The position numbers and the translations under genes are program-made. Below are positions 19,723 through 29,135 of a stretch of DNA of 64,000 nucleotides, one piece after another. How positions within the stretch are numbered: position 1 is the first letter of the stretch; the number at the start of each line of letters is the position of its first letter. Source of the DNA: Bacteriovoracaceae bacterium (GTDB lineage Bacteria > Bdellovibrionota > Bacteriovoracia > Bacteriovoracales > Bacteriovoracaceae); NCBI GenBank assembly GCA_048270185.1, contig JBLWTJ010000001.1, positions 608,001 through 672,000 on the forward strand. The letters are read 5' to 3'. The notes beneath the pieces were generated by a model. It saw nothing but the letters and a program-made list of their open reading frames with translations. It made no database searches and was not told the origin of the DNA.

Positions 19723-20742
19723 TTACACACGGTAAAGAGCTGATGCCCAAGTAAACCCTGCACCGAAGGCAGCACTTGCTACTAGCATACCAGGCTTTAA
19801 AACGCCTTCTTTCATCGCATCGTGCATTCCAAGTGGAATCGTTGCGGCCGTTGTATTTCCATATTTTTGAATTGTATTAAAAACCTTCTCTTCTGGAATT
19901 CCCATTACTTCAGCAACTTTCGAGTTAATTCTTAAGTTAGCTTGGTGAAATAAGAAAACATCAACGTCATCAACTGTGACGCCATTCTTTGCCATAAGTT
20001 TCCCAAGGCTTTCGGCCATTCTCTTTACAGCGTGAACAAAGACAGTCTTTCCATTCATTTGTGGATAGTGAAGCTTTTCATCAAACATCTCTTGAGACAT
20101 TCTCTCAGTTGAATCAAAACCTGTTCCCGCAGCAGGAAGCCAAAGCTCTTTTGCATACTTCCCTTCACTGTGAAGAGTTGCATCGATAAAGCATGGTTCA
20201 GTCTTCTTATCATTAACTTCTGTGGCACTCATAATGATGGCACCAGCACCGTCACCAAAGAGAACAGAAACATTTCTTCCCTCAGGAGTTTGGTCAAGAC
20301 CTTTTGAGTGAACTTCAGCACCAACAACAAGAACATTCTTATGTGATCCACTTGCAATGAATTTATCAGCAACAGTCATGGCATATAAGAAACCAGAACA
20401 TTGTTGACGAAGATCAAGACATGGAATTTCTGAAAGGCCAAGCTTGTCTTGTAAAAAACATCCAGTACCTGGAAAATCAAAATCAGGAGATAGAGTTGCA
20501 AAGACAATCATATCAACGTCTTCTTTCTTAATTCCTGCATTTGCGATTGCTTCTTCACTTGCCTTAAGAGCTAGATCTGAAGTCGAAGTCTTTGAATCAA
20601 CCCAGTGGCGTTGCTCAATTCCTGTTCTTTGAATAATCCATTCATTAGAAGTATTCATCATCTCTTCGAGATCACTATTTTTAAAAACTTGTGGTGGAAC
20701 GTAAGAACCCACACCAATAATTTTACTTGCCAATACACCCAT
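19723..20742 (-). CDS. fabH: 3-oxoacyl-ACP synthase III
   Basis: WIIQRTGI, QQCSGF, LFGDGAGA, FHQAN, YGNTTAATIP, FGAGFTW. Confidence 0.93.
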   Translation of the reverse strand: MGVLASKIIGVGSYVPPQVFKNSDLEEMMNTSNEWIIQRTGIEQRHWVDSKTSTSDLALKASEEAIANAGIKKEDVDMIVFATLSPDFDFPGTGCFLQDKLGLSEIPCLDLRQQCSGFLYAMTVADKFIASGSHKNVLVVGAEVHSKGLDQTPEGRNVSVLFGDGAGAIIMSATEVNDKKTEPCFIDATLHSEGKYAKELWLPAAGTGFDSTERMSQEMFDEKLHYPQMNGKTVFVHAVKRMAESLGKLMAKNGVTVDDVDVFLFHQANLRINSKVAEVMGIPEEKVFNTIQKYGNTTAATIPLGMHDAMKEGVLKPGMLVASAAFGAGFTWASALYRV

Positions 20743-20960
20743 ATTATTTCCTTTTCATAAATTTTCTTACATCTGAATTGGTGAATGATATCATTCCAAT
20801 TTAGCACAATATTCTTACATGCGATAGAGAGGACACTTACAATTTTATTTTTCTTAAATTGCCCCGACGCAACTTTTATGCCCGGTCTTTACCCCTGATT
20901 TTTTATTGGCCATCATACTATTTCTTGCTAACATATAATTATTCCAAGGAAGGAATTAAA

Positions 20961-21842
20961 ATGACTAAGCTTAGTCACCTTTTGGTGCTCACATCCATTC
21001 TCAATTGCTTTGCCGCTACAGCAGCAAGCAAGTCACTAGGGACAACAAACCTAGAACAATATCCTTACTATCCAAAGGGCGTTGACAGCAACCTTGCAAA
21101 AATCGCTAAATCAAAAAAGTCGATTAAATCAGAACTTAAGTACATTCTTACTTCTGGTCACGTAAGATCTGCTGGAAGTAACGACATCTTAGTAGAGTCA
21201 TGTGCAGATAAGAAGAATTGTTTTAAACAAGAAATCCCTAATACATATAAGCAAGCTAGAAAGTATCTTTTTGGCGATATCTATCTTCAAGGAAGAAGTG
21301 GAAACTATAAAGTCAAAGATGTTTATTGTAACCAAGATGTAGGTGAAAGTGCAGGCGTGGGCCCAATGCTTATTCCTAACCATCAGGTAATGAATTGTGA
21401 ACACAGCTGGCCTCAATCTCGATTTAATAAGAGACTAAGTACCAACACCCAAAAGAATGATCTACACCACCTCTTCCCTGTTAACTCACGTGCAAATTCA
21501 TCTAGATCAAATCATCCTTTCGGTGAAGTCAATGGACGTACAGTAAATTCAAATTGTACAGATTCACATATTGGCCAGGTAAACTATAAAGACGAATCAA
21601 CAACTTCATTTGAGCCTCCACAAGAAATTCGTGGAAATATAGCTCGTGCACTCTTCTACTTCTCGACTCGCTATGAATTGCCAATTGGTGAAGCGCAAGA
21701 GTACTACCTTAGAAGATGGCACAAAGAAGACCCTGTTGATGAGTTTGAAATGAATGTCAATAATCGAATTTACGAAATCCAAAATAGTCGTAATCCATTT
21801 ATCGACGATGAAGACTTAGTAGATGCTATTTCAAATTTCTAA
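20961..21842 (+). CDS. secreted endonuclease I family nuclease
   Basis: Signal peptide after AGGAAGGA; NCEHSWPQS, NDLHHLFP, FEPP, RGNIAR, QNSRNPFID. Confidence 0.9.
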   Translation: MTKLSHLLVLTSILNCFAATAASKSLGTTNLEQYPYYPKGVDSNLAKIAKSKKSIKSELKYILTSGHVRSAGSNDILVESCADKKNCFKQEIPNTYKQARKYLFGDIYLQGRSGNYKVKDVYCNQDVGESAGVGPMLIPNHQVMNCEHSWPQSRFNKRLSTNTQKNDLHHLFPVNSRANSSRSNHPFGEVNGRTVNSNCTDSHIGQVNYKDESTTSFEPPQEIRGNIARALFYFSTRYELPIGEAQEYYLRRWHKEDPVDEFEMNVNNRIYEIQNSRNPFIDDEDLVDAISNF

Positions 21843-22251
21843 ATATTTACTCTTAGCATGTTTTCTTTTTTCATGCGCAACTCCTCCTAAACCAGTAAAG
21901 CCTCTCACAAGACGTGAGAGACAGCTTCTGTATTATCAGAAATTAAGGCAAGCAAAATGGGATGAGATCTCAAAGAAATCTGGCTATCACCATGATCGCA
22001 AAGTAACAATTGAAACCAAACGCAAAAAGAAGAATACCCCTGCACCTAAGAGGAATAAGCCTACACCTATTCCTATTGATCCAGACGATCAAAGAATAGA
22101 AATTGAACAATTAATTGGCTTTCACTGTATCAAAGCTCGTGTTAAGAATTGCGACGAAGTTTCAACACAAGTCTATACAGACTGTCTTCAGGAATTCAAT
22201 CCTGGGGATAAGAGACTTACTTATTGTATCAAGAAGAAGCTACGTCATTAA
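21823..22251 (+). CDS. basic hypothetical lipoprotein
   Basis: Lipobox LFSC; 4-Cys C-terminal domain. Confidence 0.65.
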   Translation: MLFQISKYLLLACFLFSCATPPKPVKPLTRRERQLLYYQKLRQAKWDEISKKSGYHHDRKVTIETKRKKKNTPAPKRNKPTPIPIDPDDQRIEIEQLIGFHCIKARVKNCDEVSTQVYTDCLQEFNPGDKRLTYCIKKKLRH

Positions 22252-22522
22252 TTGGCCTTCTTGACCTCTTCCTTATCAGAGTCTTTTTCAATTTCTTTCT
22301 CTTTATGAATTTTTGTAAAGCGGGCCTTTCTTATAGCTTCGAGATCGAGTAAATTATCGTCCCCCTTAGCTACAGGCCCTAGGACTTTAGCGCATCATCA
22401 CCATCTTCACTCGATCCTGCACCTTGATCCTTCTTTTCACTCTTTTTACCGAAGCGCCAGTAAGCTTTAATCAAGTTCTTACTTTCCTTCTCTTCAAGCA
22501 TGAGTCTTTCTTTTAAGTTCAT
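22248..22522 (-). pseudogene. small charged protein gene split by a 1-nt frameshift
   Basis: AGGAG RBS + MNLKERLMLEEKESKNLIKAYWRFGKKSEKKDQGAGSSEDGDD continues in another frame as AKVLGPVAKGDDNLLDLEAIRKARFTKIHKEKEIEKDSDKEEVKKAN*; span 275 nt. Confidence 0.55.
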
Positions 22523-22727
22523 TAGAATCTCCTAGACAACGATATGGCCACATGTGGCAATATATTATATTTGGCCATATGGATCATTTTTTAGCAACTT
22601 AAGAGAGTTTCAATTTACCTAAGATCAAAAAATTAAGTTTTCATTAAGTATGATTTATTTCCAATAATCTTTAATTGAGTTTATTGAGTAAACTAAGTTT
22701 CGAGGGTATAATTTATCTAAGGTAATA

Positions 22728-23186
22728 ATGATGAAAAATCTTGTAATAAACACCATTGTGAATGCATCTGTTGAAGAAATTCTAGCTAATTTCAACGCCG
22801 ATACGATGCAAGAAGCGACGCCTCCGTTCATCAATCTTGAGGTAACACGCTTTGATGGGAATCAGGTTTCTGATCAGACTCATCTTATTACTTCTGTTTG
22901 TGGCCACTATCAATCTTGGAAAATTGAAGTAACTCAAACGAAGAAAACAAATGATGGGATTATCATTCGAACACAGGCCAATGAATTACCATTTCCATTT
23001 ACGATTTGGATTCATACTTACCATATTCGCTCCCTCGGAAATGGCACGACAAAAATAACTGATAATATTAAATTTAAAACTGAAAACTTTATCTTCGATC
23101 TTATTTGTTATCCAATAATCTACTTCATCATGTACTATCGAAAGCCAGTACTTATGGATAAGTACAATAAAGAAATAAATATCTAG
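22728..23186 (+). CDS. SRPBCC/START-like protein
   Basis: TPPF, LPFPFTIWIHTYHI...GTTKITDNI pattern. Confidence 0.65.
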   Translation: MMKNLVINTIVNASVEEILANFNADTMQEATPPFINLEVTRFDGNQVSDQTHLITSVCGHYQSWKIEVTQTKKTNDGIIIRTQANELPFPFTIWIHTYHIRSLGNGTTKITDNIKFKTENFIFDLICYPIIYFIMYYRKPVLMDKYNKEINI

Positions 23187-23187
23187 A

Positions 23188-23766
23188 ATGTCTAAACGTA
23201 AGAAATGTTCAAATTGCCAAAGGCCTGATGGTTTTTGTGTTTGCCATGCTATAAGGCCCTTAACTCTCTCTAATAAAGTAACAATACTTCAAGACACAAA
23301 AGAGGCTTCCCATCCTTTTGCAACGGCCAAATTCGCATCTCTTGCCAGTAAAGAGATAGAACTCATTACAAGTGATAAAATAACGAATGAGTTTATCAGC
23401 GCAACGATTGAATCAGGTGCATTTCTCCTTTTTAAAAATGAAGACTCCAAACCAATATCGATCAAAGAAATTCCAAGTAAGAACTTCGTTGTCTTAGATG
23501 GAACTTGGAAGAAGGCCCGCAAGATTTATCATACATGGCCCTCTTTAAGAGAGCTTCCGTGCTTTCATCTAGAGGTCGATATGGAAACGATTTATCAGAC
23601 AATTAGAAAGTCTTGTGGAGAAACACACCTTTCAACACTTGAGGCCATAGGTATAACTCTCCAAATTATTGATGAAATAAATAGTGAACAGTTTCAAGAG
23701 TTTATTGAACCGTTAAAATTACTAGTTAAGCAACAAGAAGAACAAATTAGTGGTAGAATAGATTAA
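23188..23766 (+). CDS. DTW-domain tRNA-uridine aminocarboxypropyltransferase
   Basis: CSNC..P...CVC, VLDGTWKKA, LSTLEA. Confidence 0.88.
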   Translation: MSKRKKCSNCQRPDGFCVCHAIRPLTLSNKVTILQDTKEASHPFATAKFASLASKEIELITSDKITNEFISATIESGAFLLFKNEDSKPISIKEIPSKNFVVLDGTWKKARKIYHTWPSLRELPCFHLEVDMETIYQTIRKSCGETHLSTLEAIGITLQIIDEINSEQFQEFIEPLKLLVKQQEEQISGRID

Positions 23767-24473
23767 TGAAGATGCTCGTCTCTCCACGACTTAGCGAAAT
23801 TGATAACTGCCCTTATATTCAAGGGGAAAAAGAGCAGCACGAATTCTTCTTTACCGCCTTATTAGAAGATGTTGAGCTCGACTATCTCCTCAATAAGGGC
23901 TGGCGTAAGTTTGGCCAATTTGTATTTAGGCCAGTCTGCCCTAATTGCCAAAAATGTATTCCTCTACGTGTCGATTTAAAGAAGTTTAAACTCTCAAAGA
24001 ATCAAACAAAGTTCATAAAGAGATCAAAAGGTAATGGCCTAGATATAAAATTCTCTCCTCTTATTTTCAGAAGAAGACATTTTCAAATCTATTACGATCA
24101 TGGACGCCACCGCTTTCGCGACAGTATAGATGGAACAATAATCGATAATGAAGACCTTTTTAAAGATACTTTTTATCGCTTTACGGGAACTCAGGTTTTA
24201 AGTGAAGTATTTCTCGATGGAAAAGTTATTGCCTTTGGAATTCTTGAGCAATCAAATGATGGATTAAGTAGTGTTTACTTTTGTTATGATCCAAAGTTTG
24301 AAAAATTAGGGCTTGGGCACTATGGTGCACTTAACGAAATACTCTACGCTAAAGAACTAGGACTGAGCTACTACTACTTAGGCTATTGGATTGAAGAGAA
24401 TTCCTTTATGAAATACAAGGCCCGCTACGCTCCCCATGAGCTATACGATTGGAATAAAGGAACTTGGGAGTAG
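23766..24473 (+). CDS. bacterial arginyl/leucyl-tRNA protein transferase (Bpt/ATE-like)
   Basis: CPY, GWRKFG..VFRPVCPNCQKCIPLRV, LSSVYFCYDP, YYYLGYWI, MKYKARY. Confidence 0.9.
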   Translation: MKMLVSPRLSEIDNCPYIQGEKEQHEFFFTALLEDVELDYLLNKGWRKFGQFVFRPVCPNCQKCIPLRVDLKKFKLSKNQTKFIKRSKGNGLDIKFSPLIFRRRHFQIYYDHGRHRFRDSIDGTIIDNEDLFKDTFYRFTGTQVLSEVFLDGKVIAFGILEQSNDGLSSVYFCYDPKFEKLGLGHYGALNEILYAKELGLSYYYLGYWIEENSFMKYKARYAPHELYDWNKGTWE

Positions 24474-24474
24474 G

Positions 24475-25092
24475 CTATAAAATCTTTCTAAATGTTAAGT
24501 TAATTCTTGGCCCAACAGATTTTGCAGTTTTATTAAGTTGATGTTTCCAATAATGCTGAGTTGTTCCCGACATAATAAGAAGACTCTTATCTTCAAGAGT
24601 AATCTCAACTTTCTCCTGAGACTTATCAAAGCGATGCTTTAAGACAAATTTCCTCTCTTGCCCAAAAGACGCTGAAGCAATAACAGGATTTCTACCGAGA
24701 CTATCTTCATCATCACTGTGCCAAGATGCATAGTCCTTACCATCACGATAGAGATTGCATAAACAACCATTAAAATCTTCTGCGCAGACGGTTCTAATAT
24801 CAGTTAATAAGGCATTAAGTTCATCATTGAAATCATAGCGAGTTAACTTTATGCCAGAGTAGCGATAATCTTTTGAATTACTATACCAGGCCTGAAGCCT
24901 TGGAATGGCATGGGTTTTACCGTAGAGAGTGATCTGATCTTGATGCCAATTGATCGCTTCTTTAAGTGCGGCGAAGTCGTATTTTGAATTTTCAAAAAAG
25001 TTCGGATAGTAAATCAGCTTACCATCTTTAAGATCATAGGTCTTAGTCGCTTGAAAATCCTGTGAGTCGCCGAAGAGGCCAAATTGGTCCAT
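24475..25092 (-). CDS. AlkB-family 2OG-Fe(II) dioxygenase
   Basis: IPRLQAWY, NLYRDGKD, WHSDDE, WKHQ, RINLTFR. Confidence 0.92.
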   Translation of the reverse strand: MDQFGLFGDSQDFQATKTYDLKDGKLIYYPNFFENSKYDFAALKEAINWHQDQITLYGKTHAIPRLQAWYSNSKDYRYSGIKLTRYDFNDELNALLTDIRTVCAEDFNGCLCNLYRDGKDYASWHSDDEDSLGRNPVIASASFGQERKFVLKHRFDKSQEKVEITLEDKSLLIMSGTTQHYWKHQLNKTAKSVGPRINLTFRKIL

Positions 25093-25263
25093 AAAGAGAA
25101 ATTAGCATAAGCATCTGGAATTGCTAAGGGCCATGCCAATAAAAAGACACGCTCACTTAATGAGTAAAACATGCCTAAGTCATTAAAATTGCAATAAATC
25201 TTATATAATACTTAGGTATATCAACTAACGTGACTAAAATGAATATATAAGAAGGAGTGAGTC

Positions 25264-27075
25264 ATGAACATGACAGATAATCGAATCCAATTTGTGAAGA
25301 AGTTTCTCATCACTATGATTTCGTGGTCACTACTATTTTCACCGATCGCCTATGCAAATACTGAGCGACAGGCCCAAGAAGAACAACGAGAAAATGAGGG
25401 TACTCAAGGTGGACACACTGGAGGGACTGAAACCGCTCAAGCGGATACGACCTCGAGCGAAAATACTGATATACCATCTCCTATCGAAGGAAATGATCCA
25501 AACTATTGCCAAAAAGATGGGACTGCAAAGCAGTGTACTGAAAGCGGTCAAGTTTATAACTGCCATCTAGAGTCCTGTGTCGCTCAAGCAGATAATAATA
25601 ACTACAATATGGAATATACAAATTGTGGTGAAAACGTCGAATGTCTGGAAAGACTTAAGGCCGATGCTCAAGAATTCACGCAGTATAAAACACACGGCCC
25701 TAAGAATGGTAATAATGATGTTTTAAATATGTTAGCAGCTGCTTCGCAAATCGGTATGGGATGTGCCATTTTAGGAGCATTTGGTTGTAAAAGTGATGGT
25801 ATTGGTATGTCATTATCTGGTGCAATGATGCTTGGAATGGCACTAATGAAACTTCTAGGTAATGATTATAAGGAGACATTTGAAAAAATAAAGAAAGACT
25901 TAAGAGCACTTGATGAAAAAGATGCAAAAGGATGGAATCACGTAACTCAAAAGGCTGCATTACAAACAGAAATCAGCATGCTTAAATTAATGGAAGATGC
26001 TGCTAGTGATAAGATAAAACACCATACGAGAACAATGACACTTATTACTGTTGCTGCCGCCATCGCTGCAATTTGCGCGGCCCTAACAATTTGGGGATGT
26101 CCAGGAACAAATACCTGTACCTACCCTGTTCTAATTACAGCAGGAATCGCTCTCGTTTTAGAAGCTGCGGCAATGTCACAGGCAAAGAAGGCTAAAAAGA
26201 GTGCGAGTAGCTCAAGAAAGAAAGCTGAGGCCGTTTTAAAGAAACTAGAGTCTCGATACAATAATCAATACAATCCTTCAACATCACGTCAAGCACAAAT
26301 GGCCGCAGCTAATATTAGTGGTCAATCAATGGGGCTTGGAATGAATAATAATGATACTTCTCTTGATATAAATGAAATACAACACGATTCAATTAAAAAG
26401 ATTCCAAAGATGAGCGTTGACCTAGGAAAACTAGGAGCGACAGCACTGAATGCGGGGAAGGCCATGAACTTTAATGATGTCATGGACGGATATAACAAGA
26501 CAGCAGAAACAGGAAATACAAAGTATGTTAATAAGGCACTCGATGCAAATGCTGGTAATATTTCTAAAGTAGCAAGAAAGATTCTTGAGGCAGGACTTAA
26601 GAATAAAAAAGCCGATCCAAAAGCAAGAGCTGCCATTAGTGCAATCCTAGATCCTAATTCAGCGGCCAATCGTCAATTTCTTGCACAACAGTTAGCAGCT
26701 CAAGTATCACCACTTGGGCTTGCAATGAATTATAGAAATGCAGGTGGACGTAACGCAGCTGGTGCCATCGCCAATAATTCGAAAAAAGAAGCTGAAGTTG
26801 AGGGTATTGCCTATGATAGTTCTTCAAAAGATTACTTAAACAAACTTAAGTCACAATTAAGTGATTTTGAAAGTCTTCTTGATACTGACGATTCTGGACT
26901 AATGGCCATGAAGTCATTTAATGATCCGACCGTTAGCGAAGATGCAGTTAAGCAATTAAATGGAGGTGATAGCAAAGATAAGAAAGACACAATCCACCCA
27001 GATTCAGGTCTTTCACTTTGGAATATCATCACAAATCGCTACAACGTTATTAAGCTCAAAAAAGGTTTTAACTAA
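25264..27075 (+). CDS. secreted hypothetical protein with Cys-rich domain, hydrophobic hairpins and coiled coils
   Basis: AAGGAG RBS; signal peptide ...SPIAYA; two Gly/Ala/Cys-rich hydrophobic hairpins; C-terminal SLWNIITNRY. Confidence 0.8.
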   Translation: MNMTDNRIQFVKKFLITMISWSLLFSPIAYANTERQAQEEQRENEGTQGGHTGGTETAQADTTSSENTDIPSPIEGNDPNYCQKDGTAKQCTESGQVYNCHLESCVAQADNNNYNMEYTNCGENVECLERLKADAQEFTQYKTHGPKNGNNDVLNMLAAASQIGMGCAILGAFGCKSDGIGMSLSGAMMLGMALMKLLGNDYKETFEKIKKDLRALDEKDAKGWNHVTQKAALQTEISMLKLMEDAASDKIKHHTRTMTLITVAAAIAAICAALTIWGCPGTNTCTYPVLITAGIALVLEAAAMSQAKKAKKSASSSRKKAEAVLKKLESRYNNQYNPSTSRQAQMAAANISGQSMGLGMNNNDTSLDINEIQHDSIKKIPKMSVDLGKLGATALNAGKAMNFNDVMDGYNKTAETGNTKYVNKALDANAGNISKVARKILEAGLKNKKADPKARAAISAILDPNSAANRQFLAQQLAAQVSPLGLAMNYRNAGGRNAAGAIANNSKKEAEVEGIAYDSSSKDYLNKLKSQLSDFESLLDTDDSGLMAMKSFNDPTVSEDAVKQLNGGDSKDKKDTIHPDSGLSLWNIITNRYNVIKLKKGFN

Positions 27076-27081
27076 TATATT

Positions 27082-28158
27082 CTAGGCTTCGCAACATGAG
27101 TCATCACGACCAACTTGTTGCGAAGCTTTCTTAGCAAGAAGCTCTTCTTCAATCCTCTTAAATTCCTTTAAAAAGACATGCTTAAATTTCACCATCTCAT
27201 AGTTGGCAGAAACCCCGTGGCGCTTCTTAGGATCTTCATCAGGAACACCTAAGACAACTGTATACTTGAGATCTAAGTAATCCTTAGGAAGCTCGTGTAC
27301 TCCCACACCAAATGGTAGAAACTTATTTCCAGATGTTAAAACAGGACGTCCGCAACTAAGAGCTTTTAGCGAATAGTGCGGAAACTTTTTAGAAGTATCA
27401 ATGACATACTTGGCCCCCGATAAAAGAGGGGCCATTTCACCAGAGCAACGATTGCCAAAGAAAAGCTCAGGTCTCTTCTTTTCAATCTCTAGTAAATGAT
27501 CATGACTACCAATGAACTTAAATTTCATATTTCCATAGAGATCAATAATCCTATAAACCTGAGTGGTATCAAGTGGCTCACAGTTAATAAGGAAGTAATC
27601 GCGCTTAAACATTGCATCGGGAAGAACTTTATAATCTTTTAAAGCTGTCGCCGGTGTAACTTGAATCGCATTTGGAAAATCATTTAATACTTTTTCGTCA
27701 TTAGACCAAAGAGTGTTAGCACGTTTTAGGCCTTGGCGCTGTTTAGACTTAATAAGAGCATTAAAGAAGAAGTCTTTAAAAGATGATTTCTTCTTATCAC
27801 TGAACATATCTTCAACAATATAAGTAAAAAGGTAAGTATCATCGCACATTTTAATCTCTTGAGAAAAGCCTCGAGAAAGATTAATGACGAGATCAACACT
27901 ACAAGGAATAAATAAACCTTGGGCGGCACCGTTTACAAGATGGGCCTTATCAACTAAATCATCCCAAGACTTTACCATCTTCGATAAGAAGCTTGAATGA
28001 ATTCGACGCTGTTCAACTGGACCTAAAACTTGTCCTTGTTGATGAACAAGAGTGTATAGTTCAACATTATCACCAATCACGCCCATAATGGTTTCAAGGC
28101 ACTCAATATAATAATCTCTTTCAACAACAGCATCACAGCTGACAACGACTTTTAACAT
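27082..28158 (-). CDS. GT4-like glycosyltransferase (divergent)
   Basis: LYTLVH, IHSSFL, KFIG, ALSCGRPVL; downstream of the UDP-sugar decarboxylase. Confidence 0.6.
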   Translation of the reverse strand: MLKVVVSCDAVVERDYYIECLETIMGVIGDNVELYTLVHQQGQVLGPVEQRRIHSSFLSKMVKSWDDLVDKAHLVNGAAQGLFIPCSVDLVINLSRGFSQEIKMCDDTYLFTYIVEDMFSDKKKSSFKDFFFNALIKSKQRQGLKRANTLWSNDEKVLNDFPNAIQVTPATALKDYKVLPDAMFKRDYFLINCEPLDTTQVYRIIDLYGNMKFKFIGSHDHLLEIEKKRPELFFGNRCSGEMAPLLSGAKYVIDTSKKFPHYSLKALSCGRPVLTSGNKFLPFGVGVHELPKDYLDLKYTVVLGVPDEDPKKRHGVSANYEMVKFKHVFLKEFKRIEEELLAKKASQQVGRDDSCCEA

Positions 28159-28161
28159 AAT

Positions 28162-29127
28162 TTACTTCTTATACTCTCTAAAAAATTTAGCTGTTCTTTC
28201 AATACCTTCGGCAAATGTAATCTTTGGTTGATAACCAAGCTCTGCAACACGGTCAATATTTGGACGACGACGCTTTGGATCGTCCTTTGGTAACTCTAAG
28301 TAAACAAGCTTTGAGTTTGAATCAAGTGCCTTTGTAATAAGTTCGGCAGTATCCTTAATTGTGTACTCATCAGGGTTACCAATATTGTATGGCATATGAT
28401 CACCTAGCATAAGAACGTGATCAATTGCATTAGCTAGATCAGTGACAAAACAGAAAGAGCGTGTCTGGCTCCCATCACCATAAACAGTAATGTCCTTACC
28501 TTCTAAGGCCTGATTGATAAAATTAGGAATCACTCTCCCATCATCAGGTCTCATACGTGGCCCATAAGTGTTAAAGATACGAATGATACGAGTATCAACT
28601 TCGTACTTACGACGATAAGTCATCGTTAAAGCCTCTGCATATCTCTTGGCCTCGTCATAACAACTACGTGGTCCAATTGGATTAACATGACCAACATATG
28701 TTTCAACTTGTGGGTGAATTTCTGGATCACCATAGACTTCAGAAGTTGAAGCTTCTAAGAAACGAGCACCATGATCTTTTGCAAGTTCTAAAAGGTGTTG
28801 AGTTCCGATTGAGTTAACCATCATGATTTCAAGTGGAATAACTTTGAAATCAATTGGAGAAGCAGGAGAAGCAAGAGAGAGAACAAAGTCAAATTTCACA
28901 TCACCAAAGTCAGGAAGACCTTTTATAATATCGCATTCAATAAAGTGAAAATTTTCATATTTTGATAGTATTTCAATATTCGACTTAGACCCAGTAATAA
29001 AATTATCTAAACCGTAAACAGTTGCTCCCTTATCAAGGTAAAGTTGAGCGACAGTTGATGGAACAAAGCCAGCTGCTCCTGCAATTAAGAATGTCTTACC
29101 AGTATGATCCATTGGTAATGCTTGCAT
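28162..29127 (-). CDS. UDP-glucuronate decarboxylase (SDR)
   Basis: GAAGFV, ASPASP, ASTSEVYGDP, YDEAKR, RIFNTYGPRM, QTRSFC, DDPKRRRP. Confidence 0.92.
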   Translation of the reverse strand: MQALPMDHTGKTFLIAGAAGFVPSTVAQLYLDKGATVYGLDNFITGSKSNIEILSKYENFHFIECDIIKGLPDFGDVKFDFVLSLASPASPIDFKVIPLEIMMVNSIGTQHLLELAKDHGARFLEASTSEVYGDPEIHPQVETYVGHVNPIGPRSCYDEAKRYAEALTMTYRRKYEVDTRIIRIFNTYGPRMRPDDGRVIPNFINQALEGKDITVYGDGSQTRSFCFVTDLANAIDHVLMLGDHMPYNIGNPDEYTIKDTAELITKALDSNSKLVYLELPKDDPKRRRPNIDRVAELGYQPKITFAEGIERTAKFFREYKK

Positions 29128-29135
29128 GATAACTC

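Noticed and set aside
8573..21842. Two endonuclease I paralogs as a toxin or defence system
   Set aside because: Both have signal peptides and no immunity partner; multiple secreted nucleases are expected in this kind of organism.
25121..25139. Possible sigma54 promoter for the alkB gene (TGGCAT-GGCCC-TTAGC, minus strand)
   Set aside because: GG-to-GC spacing is 11 rather than the strict 10.
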